NCBI GenBank assembly: GCA_051362555.1
Contig: CM120646.1
Span: 558,001 to 622,000 of the forward strand
DNA from: Lingula anatina
Lineage: Eukaryota; Animalia; Brachiopoda
Reading direction: 5' to 3'
DNA: 64,000 nt
Shown: positions 61,021 to 64,000 of the stretch, in pieces
Layout of the letters: each line of letters opens with the position of its first letter
Numbering within the stretch: the stretch's first letter is position 1
The notes under the pieces: generated by a model
What the model was told of the DNA's origin: nothing
Seen by the model: the letters and a program-made list of their open reading frames with translations, nothing else
The model's database searches: none
Translations under genes and position numbers: made by a program

Positions 61021-64000
61021 TGAAACTTCTCTCGCGGTTGGGCACAAGTCTATGTTATAGGATTGCATTGAGTAAAATTTGGCGTTGTCATGTAATTTGA
61101 GATAGAGCAACGCAATGGCGAATTGCTAATGTCGTGTCGTAGGGTGCATTGCAGTTAAAGTTAAGCGAGAAAACCAGGAAAATGACCATGGATGACGGAC
61201 ACGACTGACGAGAGAAGTGAAGTGAAGAAAGAGAAGTTGGGCTTGATTAGATTAAAAGGACTAAGTGCCGAAATATTTAAAGTACAGATCAGGTCGCAGT
61301 ATTTTGTATAAAGAAAGGGACCAACTGCAGACAACTCGCACCCGGCACGTCACTGGCTCCATGGCATCACCGTATAGACCGTATCATCAACGGTCGAGGG
61401 GGATATTAATAAGTAAGTTTTGTGTGTAGTTTACAAGACACCATGGTTTATTAATGTAATACAGACCTAGTACTTGTGATTAATAGTCTTTTACGGTAAC
61501 TATATCAGACAGATTTGCTTATACCATTCCTGTCTCCATATAACGTGTACCTGATTATGAAATAATGGTGAACCTTCCACACCTATTAAGTATACATGTA
61601 CATGTACACGATGTTCAGTTGCATTTTTAACATTCCATGCCGGGTGGTCAATTTTGATATTTGTAAGTAAGGTAGAAATTAGAGTTGGTATTTTACAACA
61701 ACGTTTATCACATAATGATATATGTTTCAGAAAACTGAGTTATTTTTATCTATTTTAGAGCATGACAGACACAGCACATGCTATTGAACCAGGCAAGAAC
61801 TGTGAGAGTCAGGAGTGGTCAGGATAATCAGATGTTGAAGATTATGTTGTTTACTTAATTATATCAGGAGTCAACAGATGGCATTTTTGTCTGGGTGTCA
61901 CTTACAGTATCAGGCATTTTCTTTATTACTTTAAAATATTTGGTTTTATGAACATATATATATATATATATAGGCCTATGTATTGTACTGCACTAGTGAT
62001 TTAATGAAGAAAATTATTTTTCTTGCTAGTATCATTCTTACGTTACTGTAGTGACTTTTTTAAATAACTATATGACACCTGTTTTTCACATCATTTACTC
62101 AGATCACAAATACGAGTTCGTCTGTGATGTGTTTATTTGTTGCATTTGTGTATAAATGTCAATAAAATGCAACGATTTTGTGAAAATCTCAACTTATATG
62201 TTGTCCATTTTAATACTTTCTTTTGTCATCTTTCCTGTCATTTAAGTCGGATCTGATCACTTACAACTTACATTTTGTGAATGCTATCCATTAGTTTCTA
62301 TAGCATCGTTTTCGTAAGTAAATAAATGAAGAAAATTAACTTTATGATCAAACTCGAGCCTTTTGAATTAGTTACTATATATTTAGTGAAATTAAAACAA
62401 AGATGCAGGCACGTCTTATGTTCTGATATGCCATCCATCAGTAAATGAAATGTCAAATGATTTTATTTCACTTCTTTATAAATAAAGTTTAATAGTAAAA
62501 CATTTATAAAGAAAAATTAGTTGCAGTTATAAAGCTTTTGTTGTTCAAACGGATCTCATGAAATGACCAGTCAATGAAGAACAATCAAAAATGAACAATA
62601 TCTTTAATATGTCTATTTTGCATCCACTGGCATGTTTAGACAAGCATCTCTTTAAAATCCCAAAGACAGTAATATAAATTGATAATTTAAAAATGAAAAA
62701 GAGTGGATAACTATATAAAGTTCTTGACATCTACATCAGGGAAATAGTGAAAATGGAAGTTTGCAGCCAACACCAACTGAAGAATATTTGCAAAAAAAAA
62801 AAAAAAAAAAACAGAAGTAGGAAATTTTATATTGCAATACGCTGGAGTTAATAATTTAAATTTAGTAATTATGATAACCTAAGAATGAAGCAATTAAGCC
62901 CTCGACATCACTGGATTACTTTATTTCAGATGTTCAATGCTTGTAGAATGTACATGGACCTACTTTCAACATTGATCTCATTGAAAGCAAAACAGTCATG
63001 CCACTCCCATAAAGTGACAAAAAGGTTGCAAATGAATCTCTGCAAAGGCCATAAAGGTGATTAAATATAGTTGCGAAAGTCCATCATTCCTATTCAAAAT
63101 GAATAACAATACTGCCCCTGTTATATAGACAAGGTTTGTTAAGTTTGTATGTACACTAAGGCATTTGATCTTCAAAAATCCATCCCTGCAGCTAAAGGAT
63201 TCAAGTCAATTTAGACTGGTTTACATTTGCCAAGCAATGTGATCCATCTTTATCCCAGAGTTTGCAGGTTAAGTTATCCAGCCCCCCCTTTACCGGGTAT
63301 GTCCAATATGATGCTAGAGCCACAGCATGTTTTATATGGCATCCCCACTGAAAAAAAAAAAAACGAATAATTTATATTCACTCACAATAACAAATTTGAC
63401 ATGCCGGATACTAAACATAGCACTATAGTACTGGCTTTTTAAGAGATTGAACTTCAAACTAAAAGTAATAATGATGGCCCTTTTAGTTTGTGAATAAAAC
63501 TATTCAAAAACATCAGCTGACAAAACCTATCATACATCAGTAATATGTTAACAGAGATGTGATATACACTTCATTATAAATTAAGAAATATTTCCTTGCC
63601 TGACAAAGTTTAACATTGGCCACATGAATAATTGGAAGCTGCCGGGGCATCATCCGTCCTATTCTCATTCAATCCTAGCCACTTTCATCTAAAAGACATG
63701 CGTATCAACGGGCATGGTAACTAATGTTATTTTCCTATACCACAAGCAAGTATCTGGTGATGTAGCCTGTTTAACGCGACCTTTGCTGCGTAGCACGTCC
63801 TCCGGGCGAATTTTGCTTTGCAAGCGTCATCGGCTCTTAGCTTGGCAAATTCAATATGTCATTTGTACGCGTACATATTATATCAATACTTTTTCTTAAT
63901 AAAGTGAAAAAAGAACAAGCCTGTAGCTCAAAAAATGTGTAAGTTCAGCTATTTTTCAAGTAAAGAAATCGCTGCTCTACTTCCTTGTGGTCTCCATATT

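Overview
AT-rich eukaryotic genomic DNA from a metazoan, probably a lophotrochozoan or mollusc-like invertebrate (inferred from the GT-AG intron-rich genes and the transposon repertoire). It is not prokaryotic, and most ORFs in the supplied track are spurious or are exon/TE fragments. Manual splice reconstruction gives three genes. (1) A complete 17-coding-exon + strand gene (183-8651, 543 aa) with vWA(MIDAS), 2x MIB/HERC2 and WWE domains. (2) A convergent - strand gene of unknown family (9981-15851) with several frameshift/stop lesions. (3) A ~19-kb - strand gene (42184-61020, ~903 aa, all exon phases consistent) that joins a NAL1/peptidase-S64-like trypsin-fold serine protease with an intact His-Asp-Ser triad, a tandemly amplified Ser/Thr/Glu linker exon array, a duplicated Q/N/G-rich exon and a C-terminal TIR-like alpha/beta domain. 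Gene 3 is the most interesting object, a candidate undescribed protease-TIR signalling protein. The rest of the window is densely nested transposons: Helentron/HINE elements (one with a 146-bp satellite), a hAT-like family with 5-bp TSDs, PIF/Harbinger MITEs, an IS3EU-like foldback MITE, Tc1 and pogo remnants, and Tx1/L1, RTE-X-like and CR1 LINE fragments. No rRNA, tRNA or CRISPR array was recognised. Domain calls come from motif recognition by eye, not database searches.
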